A stretch of 64,000 nucleotides of DNA from an uncultured Ruminococcus sp. GTDB taxonomy: Bacteria > Bacillota > Clostridia > Oscillospirales > CAG-272. The position numbers and the translations under genes are program-made. Numbering within the stretch: position 1 is the first letter of the stretch; each line of letters opens with the position of its first letter. Location of the stretch: positions 16,897 through 80,896 of the forward strand of contig CAZPYK010000001.1 of the NCBI GenBank assembly GCA_964590755.1, given 5' to 3'. A model generated the notes under the pieces. The model was not told the origin of the DNA and did no database searches. It was given only the letters and a program-made list of their open reading frames with translations. Of the stretch, positions 1 through 10,098 are shown piece by piece.

Positions 1-1
1 G

Positions 2-700
2 TTACGAGCCATATGCCGTCGCGCAACAGATGAAGACACAAAACGCAATGCGGATAATCGGTGTAAGGAAAAAGAAGCACTGAATATTTGCGAGGAAAAG
101 ATAAGGTCGCACGGCCTGGACATGAAGCTGGTCGATGTCAGATATACCTTCGACAATTCCAAACTCATATTTTACTTTACGGCAGCAGGCAGGGTCGATT
201 TCCGTGAACTTGTCAAAGATCTTGCAGCGGTATTCCGCACACGGATTGAACTAAGGCAGATCGGTATACGAGATGAAGCTAAATTTCTCGGCGGATGCGG
301 CGTTTGCGGCAGACGGTTGTGTTGCGCGGGCTTTTTACCCAATTTTGCCCAAGTGTCGATTCGCATGGCGAAAGAACAGGGTCTTTCCCTTAACTCATCT
401 AAAATATCCGGTTGTTGCGGCAGGCTTATGTGCTGCTTGCGATTTGAGCAGGATACCTATGAATACGAACTGGCGTTGACTCCGTCGGTTGAATCGGTTG
501 TCGAAACTCCGGATGGCAAAGGCGTTGTGACCGAATGCAATCCGCTTGCCGGCACTGTGAAAGTAAAACTGGATTCCAAAGAAAACGATCCGCCGCAGAT
601 CTATCACAGAGACGCCCTTAAGGTGATATCGCGTGCACGCAAGCTGTTCGAATCCCGTACATTCGATGACGATGGCAAGGATGCCCCCGCGGAAGAATGA
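2..700 (+). CDS. yaaT: PSP1-domain protein (YaaT/RicT family); 5' end lies outside the window
   Basis: The frame is open from base 2. The translation ...EALNICEEKIRSHGLDMKLVDVRYTFDNSKLIFYFTAAGRVDFRELVKDL... and the Cys clusters CGVCGRRLCCAGF and CCGRLMCCLRFE match the PSP1 C-terminal domain. Confidence 0.85.
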   Translation, partial: LRAICRRATDEDTKRNADNRCKEKEALNICEEKIRSHGLDMKLVDVRYTFDNSKLIFYFTAAGRVDFRELVKDLAAVFRTRIELRQIGIRDEAKFLGGCGVCGRRLCCAGFLPNFAQVSIRMAKEQGLSLNSSKISGCCGRLMCCLRFEQDTYEYELALTPSVESVVETPDGKGVVTECNPLAGTVKVKLDSKENDPPQIYHRDALKVISRARKLFESRTFDDDGKDAPAEE

Positions 701-783
701 GCGACGTCACCGCATTTTTTGAGCTTTTCATATTAATTGCTCATTAATTTATTGTTATTTTAAAAAAAGTTTCTTAAAACCCC

Positions 784-812
784 TTGATTAAATGTACGAA
801 AACGTGTACAAT
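784..812 (+). promoter_or_regulatory. Sigma-A type promoter for the ferredoxin gene
   Basis: TTGATT, 17 nt, TACAAT, with TG just upstream of the -10. It lies about 30 nt before the SD GGAGGTG. Confidence 0.6.
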
Positions 813-843
813 ATTAATATTCTCACATGGAGGTGAACTACTT

Positions 844-1014
844 ATGGCATACAAGATCAGTGATGATTGCATCTCCTGCGGTACCTGCGCAGCTGAGTGC
901 CCCGTCGAAGCCATCTCGGAAGGCGACGGCAAATACGTAATCGATCCCGATAAGTGCATAGAGTGCGGCGCATGCGCCGGCGTATGTCCTGTCGAGGCTC
1001 CCAAAGCCGAATAA
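844..1014 (+). CDS. Clostridial-type 2x[4Fe-4S] ferredoxin (56 aa)
   Basis: Two CxxCxxCxxxCP motifs (CISCGTCAAECP, CIECGACAGVCP). SD GGAGGTG precedes ATG 844. The longer ORF-track start at 784 has no SD. Confidence 0.9.
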   Translation: MAYKISDDCISCGTCAAECPVEAISEGDGKYVIDPDKCIECGACAGVCPVEAPKAE

Positions 1015-1080
1015 GGGATCAAATTTCGGATGTACCGCATCCGCTTCTTAAGATCACGACCTCGGTTTATGATCTTGAAA

Positions 1081-1115
1081 GGGACTGTTGCCGTTGTAAC
1101 AGTCCCTTGTTCTGT
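1081..1115 (+). terminator. Rho-independent terminator after the ferredoxin gene
   Basis: 9-bp stem GGGACTGTT/AACAGTCCC followed by TTGTTCTGT. Confidence 0.6.
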
Positions 1116-1138
1116 ATATTGCGAAAGGAATGCTCTGT

Positions 1139-1909
1139 ATGATATCAGATATTGATCTTGCGTCAAACGAAAGACTCTGCAATGTAGGCGACCGTCTGAG
1201 ATTGATTCAAAGAAGAAACGGCTTACAATGGGGGAGCGACGCTTATTTACTCGCGGCATATATAAGAAAAAGCGGTCTGCGCGCCTGTGAGCTTGGTTGC
1301 GGAACCGGTGTCATTTCCCTGCTCTGCGCCTCGATGAATAAATTTTCCGAGATCTACGCTGTGGAGATCCAACCGATTTATGCGGAGTTGGCAAAGAGGA
1401 ATGCCGCGTTGAACGACCTTGACGCGGTATTTCATCCGGTCTGTGAGGATATAAGAGATTCGCGCCCCGAATTACTCGGCGGGCGCTTTGATGTTGTATT
1501 TTCAAATCCGCCGTATATGCCGCCAAACAGCGGTCACACCTCGCTTGAGCGCGAGACTTTGATCGCAAAGCATGAAATATACGGCGGAATTTTCGATTTT
1601 TGCGCTGCGGCGGCGCGCTTGCTAAACTACGGCGGCATATTTTATTGTGTATTCCCCCCAAAAAGGCTTCCGGAGCTTTTTGCCGCTTTGCGTCAATATT
1701 CTCTTGAACCCAAAAAAATGCTTGAGATATATCCCGACGTTAGTTCTCGCCCCTCTGCCGTTATTGTCGAAAGCAAATTGGGAGCTGCTCCGTCGCTTGA
1801 AGTACTTCCGCCTTTAATAATGTACAATGAAGACTTTGACTGTAACGGAACACGAACGATGACAAAAAAAGCCGCACGAATATATCAAAAATGCTCCTTT
1901 GCAGAATAA
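1139..1909 (+). CDS. SAM-dependent methyltransferase, N6-adenine NPPY type (TrmN6/YfiC-like)
   Basis: Motif I ELGCGTGV and catalytic FSNPPYMP. ATG 1139 has AAAGGA about 9 nt upstream, whereas ATG 1130 sits inside the SD. Confidence 0.75.
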   Translation: MISDIDLASNERLCNVGDRLRLIQRRNGLQWGSDAYLLAAYIRKSGLRACELGCGTGVISLLCASMNKFSEIYAVEIQPIYAELAKRNAALNDLDAVFHPVCEDIRDSRPELLGGRFDVVFSNPPYMPPNSGHTSLERETLIAKHEIYGGIFDFCAAAARLLNYGGIFYCVFPPKRLPELFAALRQYSLEPKKMLEIYPDVSSRPSAVIVESKLGAAPSLEVLPPLIMYNEDFDCNGTRTMTKKAARIYQKCSFAE

Positions 1910-1937
1910 AATGCTGACAAGACGAAAGGAATGACCA

Positions 1938-2591
1938 ATGCTTAATTATCGGTGCCTGGTTCTCGACCATGATGATACCACTGTTCTCTCAACGCCGGAG
2001 GTCAACTACCCGGCATTTCTCGACACAATGAAAAAGCTGCGCCCGGGTGTATTTTATGATTATGAAACATTTATAAATTATTGCTTTGATCCCGGCTTTG
2101 AGCCTTTTTTCAGAACAATACTCGGTTTTAATGACGATGAAATGAAATTCGAATTTGAAAACTGGCAGCGCTACGTAAAATGCACCATCCCCGATCCGGT
2201 GCCCGGCATCGGGGAGACAATAAAGCGCTTTCGTGCAATGGGCGGCAAGCTTTTTGTCGTTTCGCATTCGTATGAATCCAACATATTGCGCGATTGGAAA
2301 TGCCATTTCAATATGCTGCCCGACGCGGTCTATGCATGGGAATTGGGCGAGGGCAAAAGAAAGCCCGATCCTTATCCGCTTTTTGATATTATGGAAAAAT
2401 ACGACTATAAGCCGCATGATATACTCGTGGTAGACGATCTAAAGCCCGGGCTGGACATGACACGGGCAGCCGGCGCTTGCTTTGCGGCGGCAGGTTGGGC
2501 AAGACAAAGCTCAAAGGTTGAAGAGATCATGCGGCACGAAAGCGATCATTATCTTGAAAGCGTAAACGACTTGGAGGCGTTGTTGTTTTGA
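1938..2591 (+). CDS. HAD-superfamily hydrolase
   Basis: HAD motif I LVLDHDDTT and motif IV VVDDLKPG. SD GAAAGGAA lies 6 nt before the ATG. Confidence 0.75.
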   Translation: MLNYRCLVLDHDDTTVLSTPEVNYPAFLDTMKKLRPGVFYDYETFINYCFDPGFEPFFRTILGFNDDEMKFEFENWQRYVKCTIPDPVPGIGETIKRFRAMGGKLFVVSHSYESNILRDWKCHFNMLPDAVYAWELGEGKRKPDPYPLFDIMEKYDYKPHDILVVDDLKPGLDMTRAAGACFAAAGWARQSSKVEEIMRHESDHYLESVNDLEALLF

Positions 2592-3343
2592 AAAGAATAC
2601 TCAGCTATGTTCGTCGCGCATGCGAGGATTACAACATGATAGACGAAGGCGACCGGATAGCCGTGGGCGTATCCGGCGGCAAGGATTCTCTCACGCTTCT
2701 TTCCGCGCTTGCGGCAATGAGACGCTTTTATCCCCAAAAGTATGACCTTTGTGCTATAAGCATCGATATGGGCTTTGACGGTATGGATCTTTCTCCGATC
2801 TCGGAACTCTGTTCAAAGCTTGATGTTGAATATCATATAATTCCGTCGGATATTTCCAAGGTGGTGTTCGAATACAGGAAGGAGCACAATCCCTGTTCGC
2901 TTTGCGCAAAAATGCGGCGCGGAGCGCTCAATAACGCCGCCCGAGAGTTGGGTTGCCGAAAGGTCGCTCTCGGACACCATTTCGATGATGTGGTGGAGAC
3001 ATTTATGCTGAATCTGTTTTATGAAGGCAGAATAGGCGTTTTCAGCCCCGTCACATACCTTTCGAGAAGCGATGTGACCGTAATACGTCCGATGATATAT
3101 ATTCCGGAAAAGGATATTCGTTATTTTTCAAAGAAGGAACAACTGCCGATAGTCGAATCTGCCTGCCCCGCAGATAAAAATACCGAGCGAGAGGAAATGA
3201 AGCTCTTTCTGGCACGGCTGGATCGTGAAAATCGCGGCTTAAAATATCGCATATACGGTGCAATACAGCGCAAGGAAATAGACGGCTTTAAGGACACCGG
3301 CCGCATGTCGGGTCTTAAGCTGTATTCCGATGAAGAACAGTGA
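2588..3343 (+). CDS. PP-loop ATPase, TtcA-like tRNA thiolation enzyme
   Basis: PP-loop SGGKDS and CSLCAKMRRG. TTG start overlaps the upstream stop, with GGAGG about 10 nt upstream. Confidence 0.75.
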   Translation: MKRILSYVRRACEDYNMIDEGDRIAVGVSGGKDSLTLLSALAAMRRFYPQKYDLCAISIDMGFDGMDLSPISELCSKLDVEYHIIPSDISKVVFEYRKEHNPCSLCAKMRRGALNNAARELGCRKVALGHHFDDVVETFMLNLFYEGRIGVFSPVTYLSRSDVTVIRPMIYIPEKDIRYFSKKEQLPIVESACPADKNTEREEMKLFLARLDRENRGLKYRIYGAIQRKEIDGFKDTGRMSGLKLYSDEEQ

Positions 3344-3382
3344 ACATAGCGAATCAATAAAATCGATAAGACAAATGTATCA

Positions 3383-3420
3383 AAAAGAGGCCCCGTCGAC
3401 GTTCGGTGCCTCTTTCTTTA
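3383..3420. terminator. Bidirectional terminator between convergent genes
   Basis: Stem AAAAGAGGC/GCCTCTTTC with an A-run on one side and a T-run on the other. Confidence 0.6.
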
Positions 3421-3461
3421 ATTTATGCAGTTATCAAGTTGTGCAAACAAAACAAAAGCGC

Positions 3462-4466
3462 TCAAAGCAAAAAGATTCCCGCGTTTCTGCATGCCTCAAG
3501 CTCGGCACGGGGCCAGCAGGAAGCCTGCACTTCCCCGATATGCGCTTTTCTCAAAAAGAACATACATATTCTTGATTGGCCTATACCTCCGCCGATAGAA
3601 TAAGGCAATTCGCCACGCAGCAAAGCAGTGTGAAAAGGCAGACGAGCGCGTTCGGGACAACCGGCCAGTTCAAGCTGACGAAGCATTGCGATTTCGTCCA
3701 CTCTTATTCCCATACTCGAAAGCTCAAGCGAGATGTCCAAAACCGGATAGTAAACTATTATGTCGCCGTTGAGTTCCCAATCATCGTAATCCGGAGCACG
3801 TCCGTCGTGCGGCATTCCCGAGGCAAGAGCTCCGCCTACGCCTTCAAGAAATACCGCACCGTATTCCTTGGCCGCTCGGTATTCGCGCTCTTTTGGCGTC
3901 AATGTCGGATATTTTGCCTCAAGCTCACGCGTGGTTACAAATGTTATTTCGGGCGGCAAAAGATGCCCGATGAAATTATAATCGTCTGCAATATAGTTTT
4001 CGGTCTGACGCAAGGCATCATAAATATAACGAACCGTCGAATGCAGAGTTTCTCTGGTGCGCTCTGATTTTAATATGACCTTTTCCCAATCCCATTGATC
4101 GACGAACACAGAGTGGATATTGTCGGTGTCCTCGTCTCGGCGTATGGCATTCATATCGGTATAAAGCCCTTCTCCCGGCGCAAACCCGTATTTTTTGAGT
4201 GCATATCTTTTCCATTTGGCAAGCGAATGTACGACCTCGAAGCATCCTTCGCAATTCTTGATATCAAATGCCACGGGACGTTCAACACCGTTCAGATCGT
4301 CGTTCAAACCGGTCAGCGAATCAACAAATATGGGTGCGGACACACGGCGCAGATTCAATTGATTGGCAAGATCGGTCTGAAAAAAATCCTTCACCTTTTT
4401 AATGGCAATTTGCGTTTGTCTCGCGGTAAGTGACGAACGATATCCGCTTGGAAGTATTAACGGCAT
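3462..4466 (-). CDS. asnA: Aspartate--ammonia ligase (asparagine synthetase A)
   Basis: 334 aa. The N-terminus ...TQIAIKKVKDFF...RVSAPIFV... and the C-terminal GGGIGQSRICMFFL are typical of AsnA. Confidence 0.88.
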   Translation of the reverse strand: MPLILPSGYRSSLTARQTQIAIKKVKDFFQTDLANQLNLRRVSAPIFVDSLTGLNDDLNGVERPVAFDIKNCEGCFEVVHSLAKWKRYALKKYGFAPGEGLYTDMNAIRRDEDTDNIHSVFVDQWDWEKVILKSERTRETLHSTVRYIYDALRQTENYIADDYNFIGHLLPPEITFVTTRELEAKYPTLTPKEREYRAAKEYGAVFLEGVGGALASGMPHDGRAPDYDDWELNGDIIVYYPVLDISLELSSMGIRVDEIAMLRQLELAGCPERARLPFHTALLRGELPYSIGGGIGQSRICMFFLRKAHIGEVQASCWPRAELEACRNAGIFLL

Positions 4467-4499
4467 GATAGTATTACCTCACATTTGAGATTATAAATT

Positions 4500-4528
4500 A
4501 TTATACCATTGCTTTGCACACCTGTCAA
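4500..4528 (-). promoter_or_regulatory. Consensus sigma-A promoter of asnA
   Basis: On the minus strand: TTGACA, 17 nt, TATAAT with an upstream TGg. The leader to the ATG is only about 35 nt. Confidence 0.7.
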
Positions 4529-4703
4529 GTATTTTCTTGGATGTAATACATCAAGATCTATCGATACGCAGCTGTGCAAAAATGCAAGAGCGGAGTTGTC
4601 AACTTGCATGTAGAGGGCGTTGCAAACCGCTAAAAAGGCACTTTTTTGTGCATTAACACTTACCACCTCGATAATTTTCGCAACAATTACGTGATATTGC
4701 CTA

Positions 4704-4732
4704 TTGCAAAAAATTCATACTTGTAGTATACT
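4704..4732 (+). promoter_or_regulatory. Sigma-A type promoter for ORF 4763
   Basis: TTGCAA, 17 nt, TATACT. Confidence 0.55.
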
Positions 4733-4762
4733 TATTGTATCATTTTCAAGGAGCTTACAAAA

Positions 4763-5110
4763 ATGCGCTACGGTTTCGACAAAACAACGAATCATGCCTC
4801 GTCGACATCAACGAGCTCCTTTGGCGCGCACACGGGATTTGCGCCGACCTCCGAGTCTTCATGCTGCCGCAACTCGGAAAATATGATATGCATTCTTAAA
4901 GACACCTCTTTTGCGGTGTCTTTTTCTCTTGTCATGATCATCGTTGCAGCTGTAATAATCTGCATGCGAATTATCCTCTCGGGGCTTTCTTTAAGTTGCT
5001 TGCTCGCGCTCGTTGCTATCCTTCTCCTCCTACTTGCGCAGATAATTAAGATAATTAAGAATAACAAACTCGAGACTTTACCGCTTGCGATCTTGTCCGC
5101 CGAGACTTAA
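4763..5110 (+). CDS. Hypothetical small membrane protein (115 aa)
   Basis: Own promoter and a strong SD (AAGGAG 8 nt before the ATG). A hydrophilic S/T-rich N-terminus is followed by two hydrophobic segments. I recognise no family. Confidence 0.55.
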   Translation: MRYGFDKTTNHASSTSTSSFGAHTGFAPTSESSCCRNSENMICILKDTSFAVSFSLVMIIVAAVIICMRIILSGLSLSCLLALVAILLLLLAQIIKIIKNNKLETLPLAILSAET

Positions 5111-5154
5111 ACAGAACTTATTTCCGACGGATAAAAAACATGATCGAAAAGCCC

Positions 5155-5200
5155 AAAACGCGGTTCTGTCCGAGCAGGATCGCGTTTTTGTTCGCTTTTT
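5155..5200 (+). terminator. Rho-independent terminator
   Basis: Stem AAAACGCG...CGCGTTTT with an inner CTG/CAG pairing, followed by TTTTTGTTCGCTTTTTT. Confidence 0.6.
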
Positions 5201-5289
5201 TGCTCGTTTACGCATCCGCCGCACCTGCTTTTCGGCAAAGTCATCCGAAGGATATAAAATAAATAACATTTTCGGGAGAACAAACAACA

Positions 5290-6498
5290 ATGAAAAACTC
5301 AAGAAAAAAATTCGTGCGCTTCTCAAAAATATTCATGCCTATCGCGTTGGCAATGCTCATGCTCATATCACTTTGTTCATGCGGCAACGGAACCGAATGG
5401 CCGGTCGATGGCGAGACCGGACTTACCGAACTGTTGATCGGAGGCATCGGTCCCACCAGCGGTGAACACGCAAATTACGGAATTTCCGTCAAGAACGGTG
5501 CCACGCTGGCTGTCAACGAGATCAATGCCGCAGGCGGTGTAAACGGCTTTAAACTGGTGCTCAGCTTTCAAGATTCCGAAGGCGACCCCGAATCGGCGGT
5601 CTCGGCTTACGGTAAGCTGATGGATCTCGGTATGAAGGTAAGCCTCGGCGGAACGCTTTCAGGTGAAAATGCCTCTATCGTTGCCGCGGCAAAAGCCGAC
5701 GGCATGTTCGTGCTCACACCCTCCGCATCCTCCGTTAACGCCATATCCGGAAGCGACAGAGCCTTTCGTGTTTGCTTCAGTGACCCTTCTCAAGGCGCCG
5801 CTTCCGCTCAATATATAAAGAAATATTCACTTGCTAGCAAGGTGGCTGTAATATATGACAGCAGCAACAACTACTGTCAGGGTCTTTTTGATACCTTTGA
5901 AGCCGAATGCAAGACTCTGGGCATAGAGATATTGACTGTCCAGACCTTTACGGACACCACAAACACCGACTTTTCCGCTCAGATTGCCGCGGTAAAGGCG
6001 TCGGGCGCCGAGCTCGTCTTCCTCCCCATTTACGCCGCGGATGCCGCGAAGATACTTACCCAAGCCGCTCAGACCAACGCATTTGATGGCATGGTTCCCT
6101 TCGGTTGCGATGGGCTTGATGGCATTCTTAACAAAATTGATGACACGGCAAACGCCGAGGGAGTTATGCTCTTGACACCTTTTGCGGCAGATGACACCTC
6201 CGAAAATTCGCAGAAATTCGTACAAGCATATAAGTCGGCATACAACGAAACTCCCAGTCAGTTTGCGGCAGATGCGTATGACGCGGTATACATTATTGCG
6301 GAAGCCCTCAAGAGTGCCGGAGTGACATCTGATAACAAGGATGATATCAGTGCCAAGCTCGCCGCTGCAATGACCTCATTGAAATACACGGGGCTCACCG
6401 GAGAGATGACTTGGGATGCTTCCGGAGAGACGACCAAAAACGCAAAGGCGATGGTTATCAAAAACGGCGTTGCGGTCCTCTATACGGGAACAAAATAA
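5290..6498 (+). CDS. Branched-chain amino acid ABC transporter substrate-binding lipoprotein (LivJ/K family)
   Basis: Signal peptide with lipobox LISLCSCG. It has the periplasmic-binding type I fold signature and sits immediately upstream of the livHMGF-type genes. Confidence 0.85.
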   Translation: MKNSRKKFVRFSKIFMPIALAMLMLISLCSCGNGTEWPVDGETGLTELLIGGIGPTSGEHANYGISVKNGATLAVNEINAAGGVNGFKLVLSFQDSEGDPESAVSAYGKLMDLGMKVSLGGTLSGENASIVAAAKADGMFVLTPSASSVNAISGSDRAFRVCFSDPSQGAASAQYIKKYSLASKVAVIYDSSNNYCQGLFDTFEAECKTLGIEILTVQTFTDTTNTDFSAQIAAVKASGAELVFLPIYAADAAKILTQAAQTNAFDGMVPFGCDGLDGILNKIDDTANAEGVMLLTPFAADDTSENSQKFVQAYKSAYNETPSQFAADAYDAVYIIAEALKSAGVTSDNKDDISAKLAAAMTSLKYTGLTGEMTWDASGETTKNAKAMVIKNGVAVLYTGTK

Positions 6499-6526
6499 CA
6501 GCAAATATGAAGATATGATCTCGATC

Positions 6527-6542
6527 ATTGCCGATCGGCAAT
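6527..6542 (+). other. Intercistronic perfect palindrome/hairpin between the binding-protein and permease genes
   Basis: ATTGCCGATCGGCAAT with no U-tract. Placement suggests an mRNA stabiliser or processing site; that role is an inference. Confidence 0.35.
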
Positions 6543-6571
6543 TCGACGATCGAACATAGGTAAGATTCATT

Positions 6572-7450
6572 ATGACAACTTTAATCCAAACACTTATAAG
6601 CGGATTGCGGCTCGGAAGCATATATGCGTTGATGGCGCTCGGATATACCATGGTATACGGCATAGCCAAAATGCTCAACTTTGCACACGGCGATGTTATC
6701 ATGGTGGGAGCGTATGCCGTAATATCAACTGTGTCACTCGCCAAACTCCCCGGGATCGTCGGAGTGGCGGTAAGCATTGTTGTGTGCATCTTTCTGGGCA
6801 TAACGATAGAATTCTTGGCATATCGTCCATTACGCAAGGCATCGTCTCTCGCGGTTCTCATCACTGCCATCGGCGTCAGTTATTTGCTTCAAAGCCTTGC
6901 GTTGCTCGTTTTCGGATCGGAGCCAAAAGCGTTTCCGACGATAATCCGCATTCCTACCATCAAGTTAGGCGATGTGGTGATAGATGGAATGACATTGCTG
7001 ACTCTTGCGCTCACCGCTGTAATAATGCTCGCACTGTCGCTCTTTATTAACAAAACGCGACTCGGGAAAGCAATGAGAGCCGTATCCGAGGATAAAGATG
7101 CCGCCGAACTGATGGGAATAAACGTAAACAGGACCATCACTATGACGTTCGCGATCGGCTCTGCGCTCGCGGCGGTTGCAAGCATCTTCTACGGTGCTAC
7201 TTATACATATATAAAGCCCACGACAGGCTCCATGCCGGGAATCAAAGCGTTTACGGCTGCGGTCTTCGGAGGGATCGGCTCTATCCCGGGAGCCATGCTG
7301 GGAGGAATTTTATTGGGCGTTATAGAGCAGCTGTCCCAGACGTATCTTTCGACGCTGTGGACAAACGCTGTGGTTTTCGGGGTTTTGGTGGCGGTCTTGG
7401 TAGTCAAGCCTACCGGTCTGCTCGGCAAAAAGATAAGCGAAAAGGTTTAA
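6572..7450 (+). CDS. livH: Branched-chain amino acid ABC transporter permease (LivH type)
   Basis: 292 aa polytopic membrane protein with LivH-like sequence (...NFAHGD..., ...FGGIGSIPGAMLGG...). Confidence 0.88.
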   Translation: MTTLIQTLISGLRLGSIYALMALGYTMVYGIAKMLNFAHGDVIMVGAYAVISTVSLAKLPGIVGVAVSIVVCIFLGITIEFLAYRPLRKASSLAVLITAIGVSYLLQSLALLVFGSEPKAFPTIIRIPTIKLGDVVIDGMTLLTLALTAVIMLALSLFINKTRLGKAMRAVSEDKDAAELMGINVNRTITMTFAIGSALAAVASIFYGATYTYIKPTTGSMPGIKAFTAAVFGGIGSIPGAMLGGILLGVIEQLSQTYLSTLWTNAVVFGVLVAVLVVKPTGLLGKKISEKV

Positions 7451-7462
7451 GGGTGAACGATA

Positions 7463-8497
7463 ATGGATCCAATGGTAATAGGCAAACCCACATTACGCCA
7501 AAAGCTTATAAATCGCGAAGCGTTCACGCTATACGGTATCATCATGGGATATACCGTTATCGCCGCACTGCTGTATACAGGCTCGACATCCCGCCAGATG
7601 TCGGCGATGCTCATACCCGTATCATGTTATATCGTGTTGGCGGTCTCGTTGAATCTTATTGTCGGCTTGCTCGGAGAGCTGTCACTGGGGCACGCAGGCT
7701 TCATGTCGGCAGGGCTTTACACAGGATGTATCTTTTCGATATGCACCGCAGATCTGTTGCCTCTGTGGCTTCGTCTGCCTCTTGCAATGCTGTTGGGCGG
7801 TCTTGCCGCCGCCGCGGTGGGATTTATTGTGGGACTCCCCGCCCTGCGTCTCAAGGGAGATTATCTTGCTATAGTTACTCTTGCCTGCGGCGAGATAATA
7901 AAAACCGTAATTTTAAATCTTGATATTACCGGCGGAGCTCTGGGACTTGACACAAACAAAATATATTCAAATCCCCGTACATTGCTCCCGTATGCATTCT
8001 GCGTTGTATTTATAACTACAGTAGCCGTAATGAATCTTAAAAAATCTCGTCACGGTCGCGCGATAATGGCGATCAGAGACAACCGCATTGCCGCCGAAGC
8101 CATGGGAATAAATGTTACATATTACAAGCTCATGGTCTTTATTCTGGCAGCATTTCTTGCGGGAACTGCGGGAGTGCTGTACGGTCACACGCTTGCATCC
8201 GTTTCTCCGTCTGGCTTTGATTACAACATGTCGATCGAGATACTTGTCATTGTAGTGCTCGGCGGCATGGGCAATATTGCGGGTTCGATAGTGGCGGCGA
8301 TCATTCTGCGAGTTCTTCCCGAGGCGCTTCGTGGTTTGGATGATTACCGTATGCTGATATATTCCTTGCTCCTCATAGTAATCATGCTCTTCAATTCAGA
8401 TCTTCAATTGACTGCGCTGAAGGGAAACAGGTATATCAAAAGCTTTATGTCGATTTTTGATCGCAGTAAAAGAACGAAGAACAAGAAGGAGAGCTGA
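7463..8497 (+). CDS. livM: Branched-chain amino acid ABC transporter permease (LivM type)
   Basis: 344 aa polytopic protein with GELSLGHAGFM and VVLGGMGNIAGS motifs. Confidence 0.88.
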   Translation: MDPMVIGKPTLRQKLINREAFTLYGIIMGYTVIAALLYTGSTSRQMSAMLIPVSCYIVLAVSLNLIVGLLGELSLGHAGFMSAGLYTGCIFSICTADLLPLWLRLPLAMLLGGLAAAAVGFIVGLPALRLKGDYLAIVTLACGEIIKTVILNLDITGGALGLDTNKIYSNPRTLLPYAFCVVFITTVAVMNLKKSRHGRAIMAIRDNRIAAEAMGINVTYYKLMVFILAAFLAGTAGVLYGHTLASVSPSGFDYNMSIEILVIVVLGGMGNIAGSIVAAIILRVLPEALRGLDDYRMLIYSLLLIVIMLFNSDLQLTALKGNRYIKSFMSIFDRSKRTKNKKES

Positions 8498-8499
8498 GC

Positions 8500-9384
8500 A
8501 TGGATACAAACATAAAAGAGATCCTCAAAAAAAGCGGCTCGGCATCTCCGTTGGTCCCGTTGCCCAGCAATGCTTTTATTCCGGAAAGAGACCTTAAAAG
8601 CCCTCCGGTCCTTGAAGCCGTTCATCTCGGTGTTAATTTCGGCGGTCTGAGTGCTGTGGATGATTTTTCGCTCGTCATCGGTCGAACCGAGATAGCAGGG
8701 CTGATAGGTCCGAACGGTGCCGGCAAGACTACGGTCTTCAATCTTCTTACCAATGTTTATCAGCCGACACGCGGAAACATAATGCTCAACGGCTACAGCA
8801 CCGCGGGAAAGACACCTGCACAAATAAATAAAATGGGTATTGCCAGGACCTTTCAAAACATCAGATTGTTCGGAAACATGACGGCACTGGATAATGTCAA
8901 GGTTGGTTTACACAATTCCATGCACGAAAATCTTTTTCAAGCTCTTGCGCATAGCTTTGGATATGCAAAAGCCGAAAGAACTGCGGACGCTCAAGCACTC
9001 GAATTGCTCGACTTCTTCGGAATGACAGACCTTGCTTTGACCTTAGCGGGCAGTCTCCCTTACGGAGCGCAAAGGCGACTTGAGATAGTACGCGCACTTG
9101 CCACCAAGCCCTCGATCTTGTTGCTTGACGAGCCCGCTGCGGGCATGAACCCGCACGAGACCGCCGAGCTGATGGAAAACATAATACGGATACGCGACAC
9201 CTTCCATATTGCTATTATGCTTATAGAGCACGATATGCGTCTTGTTATGAACATATGCGAAGGCATATGTGTGCTTGATCACGGAAAGATCATAGCCAAA
9301 GGAACGCCTGAGGATATTCAAAACAACGAAAAGGTAATTACCGCCTACCTCGGCAAAAAAAAGGAGGACACACCGAATGCTTGA
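8500..9384 (+). CDS. livG: Branched-chain amino acid ABC transporter ATP-binding protein (LivG type)
   Basis: Walker A GPNGAGKTT, signature LPYGAQRRLE, Walker B LLLDEPAAG. It carries an N-terminal extension of about 30 aa. Confidence 0.88.
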   Translation: MDTNIKEILKKSGSASPLVPLPSNAFIPERDLKSPPVLEAVHLGVNFGGLSAVDDFSLVIGRTEIAGLIGPNGAGKTTVFNLLTNVYQPTRGNIMLNGYSTAGKTPAQINKMGIARTFQNIRLFGNMTALDNVKVGLHNSMHENLFQALAHSFGYAKAERTADAQALELLDFFGMTDLALTLAGSLPYGAQRRLEIVRALATKPSILLLDEPAAGMNPHETAELMENIIRIRDTFHIAIMLIEHDMRLVMNICEGICVLDHGKIIAKGTPEDIQNNEKVITAYLGKKKEDTPNA

Positions 9385-10075
9385 AGTCGACGGTATAAAC
9401 GTATATTACGGTAATATTCACGCACTTAAGGATGTATCCTTTAACGTCAAAAGCGGCGAAATTGTCGCTCTTATCGGCGCGAACGGCGCCGGAAAATCAA
9501 CGACCCTCAAAACCGTTTCGGGTTTGCTTCGCACCGTAACGGGAGATATAACATTCAAAGGAAAAAGCATCGCCCGCGCCGAACCGCACAAATTGGTCGC
9601 GGCAGGGTTGGCGCATGTTCCGGAAGGACGCCGCATCTTTTTACAGATGACGGTACTTGAAAACCTTGAGATGGGTGCTTATACGCAAAAAAGCGGTATC
9701 AAGGAAAGCATAGCCGACGTTTTTCAAAGATTTCCGCGCCTTAAGCATCGCAAAGATCAGATCGCCGGAACGCTTTCCGGCGGAGAACAGCAAATGCTTG
9801 CCATGGGACGGGCTTTGATGAGCCACCCCGAGCTTTTGATGCTCGATGAACCTTCTATGGGACTCGCTCCCATATTGGTCGGTCAGATCTTCGACATCAT
9901 AAAGGAGCTTCATGCCGCCGGAACGACGATATTGCTTGTCGAGCAGAATGCGGAAATGGCGCTTGCCGTTGCGGATCGCGCTTATGTTTGTGAATCCGGA
10001 CGAATAGTCTGCACGGGCACCGGAGCGGAGCTGGCTTCAAGCGATGAGATCAAAAAAGCATATCTCGGAGGGTGA
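9377..10075 (+). CDS. livF: Branched-chain amino acid ABC transporter ATP-binding protein (LivF type)
   Basis: Walker A GANGAGKST, signature LSGGEQQML, Walker B LMLDEPSMG. It overlaps livG by 8 nt. Confidence 0.88.
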   Translation: MLEVDGINVYYGNIHALKDVSFNVKSGEIVALIGANGAGKSTTLKTVSGLLRTVTGDITFKGKSIARAEPHKLVAAGLAHVPEGRRIFLQMTVLENLEMGAYTQKSGIKESIADVFQRFPRLKHRKDQIAGTLSGGEQQMLAMGRALMSHPELLMLDEPSMGLAPILVGQIFDIIKELHAAGTTILLVEQNAEMALAVADRAYVCESGRIVCTGTGAELASSDEIKKAYLGG

Positions 10076-10098
10076 TTTTTCCCGGCATCGCCAAAACG

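Noticed and set aside
3330-3603. Plus-strand ORFs of 81 and 65 aa after the TtcA-like gene
   Set aside because: They run through the bidirectional terminator and the 3' end of asnA on the other strand, and have no SD.
4530-4700. Possible T-box leader for asnA, based on GGTGGTA at 4662-4668 (minus strand)
   Set aside because: A consensus TTGACA-17-TATAAT promoter at 4500-4528 leaves only about 35 nt of leader. The GGTGGTA lies upstream of that promoter and lacks the rest of the T-box and a terminator/antiterminator pair.
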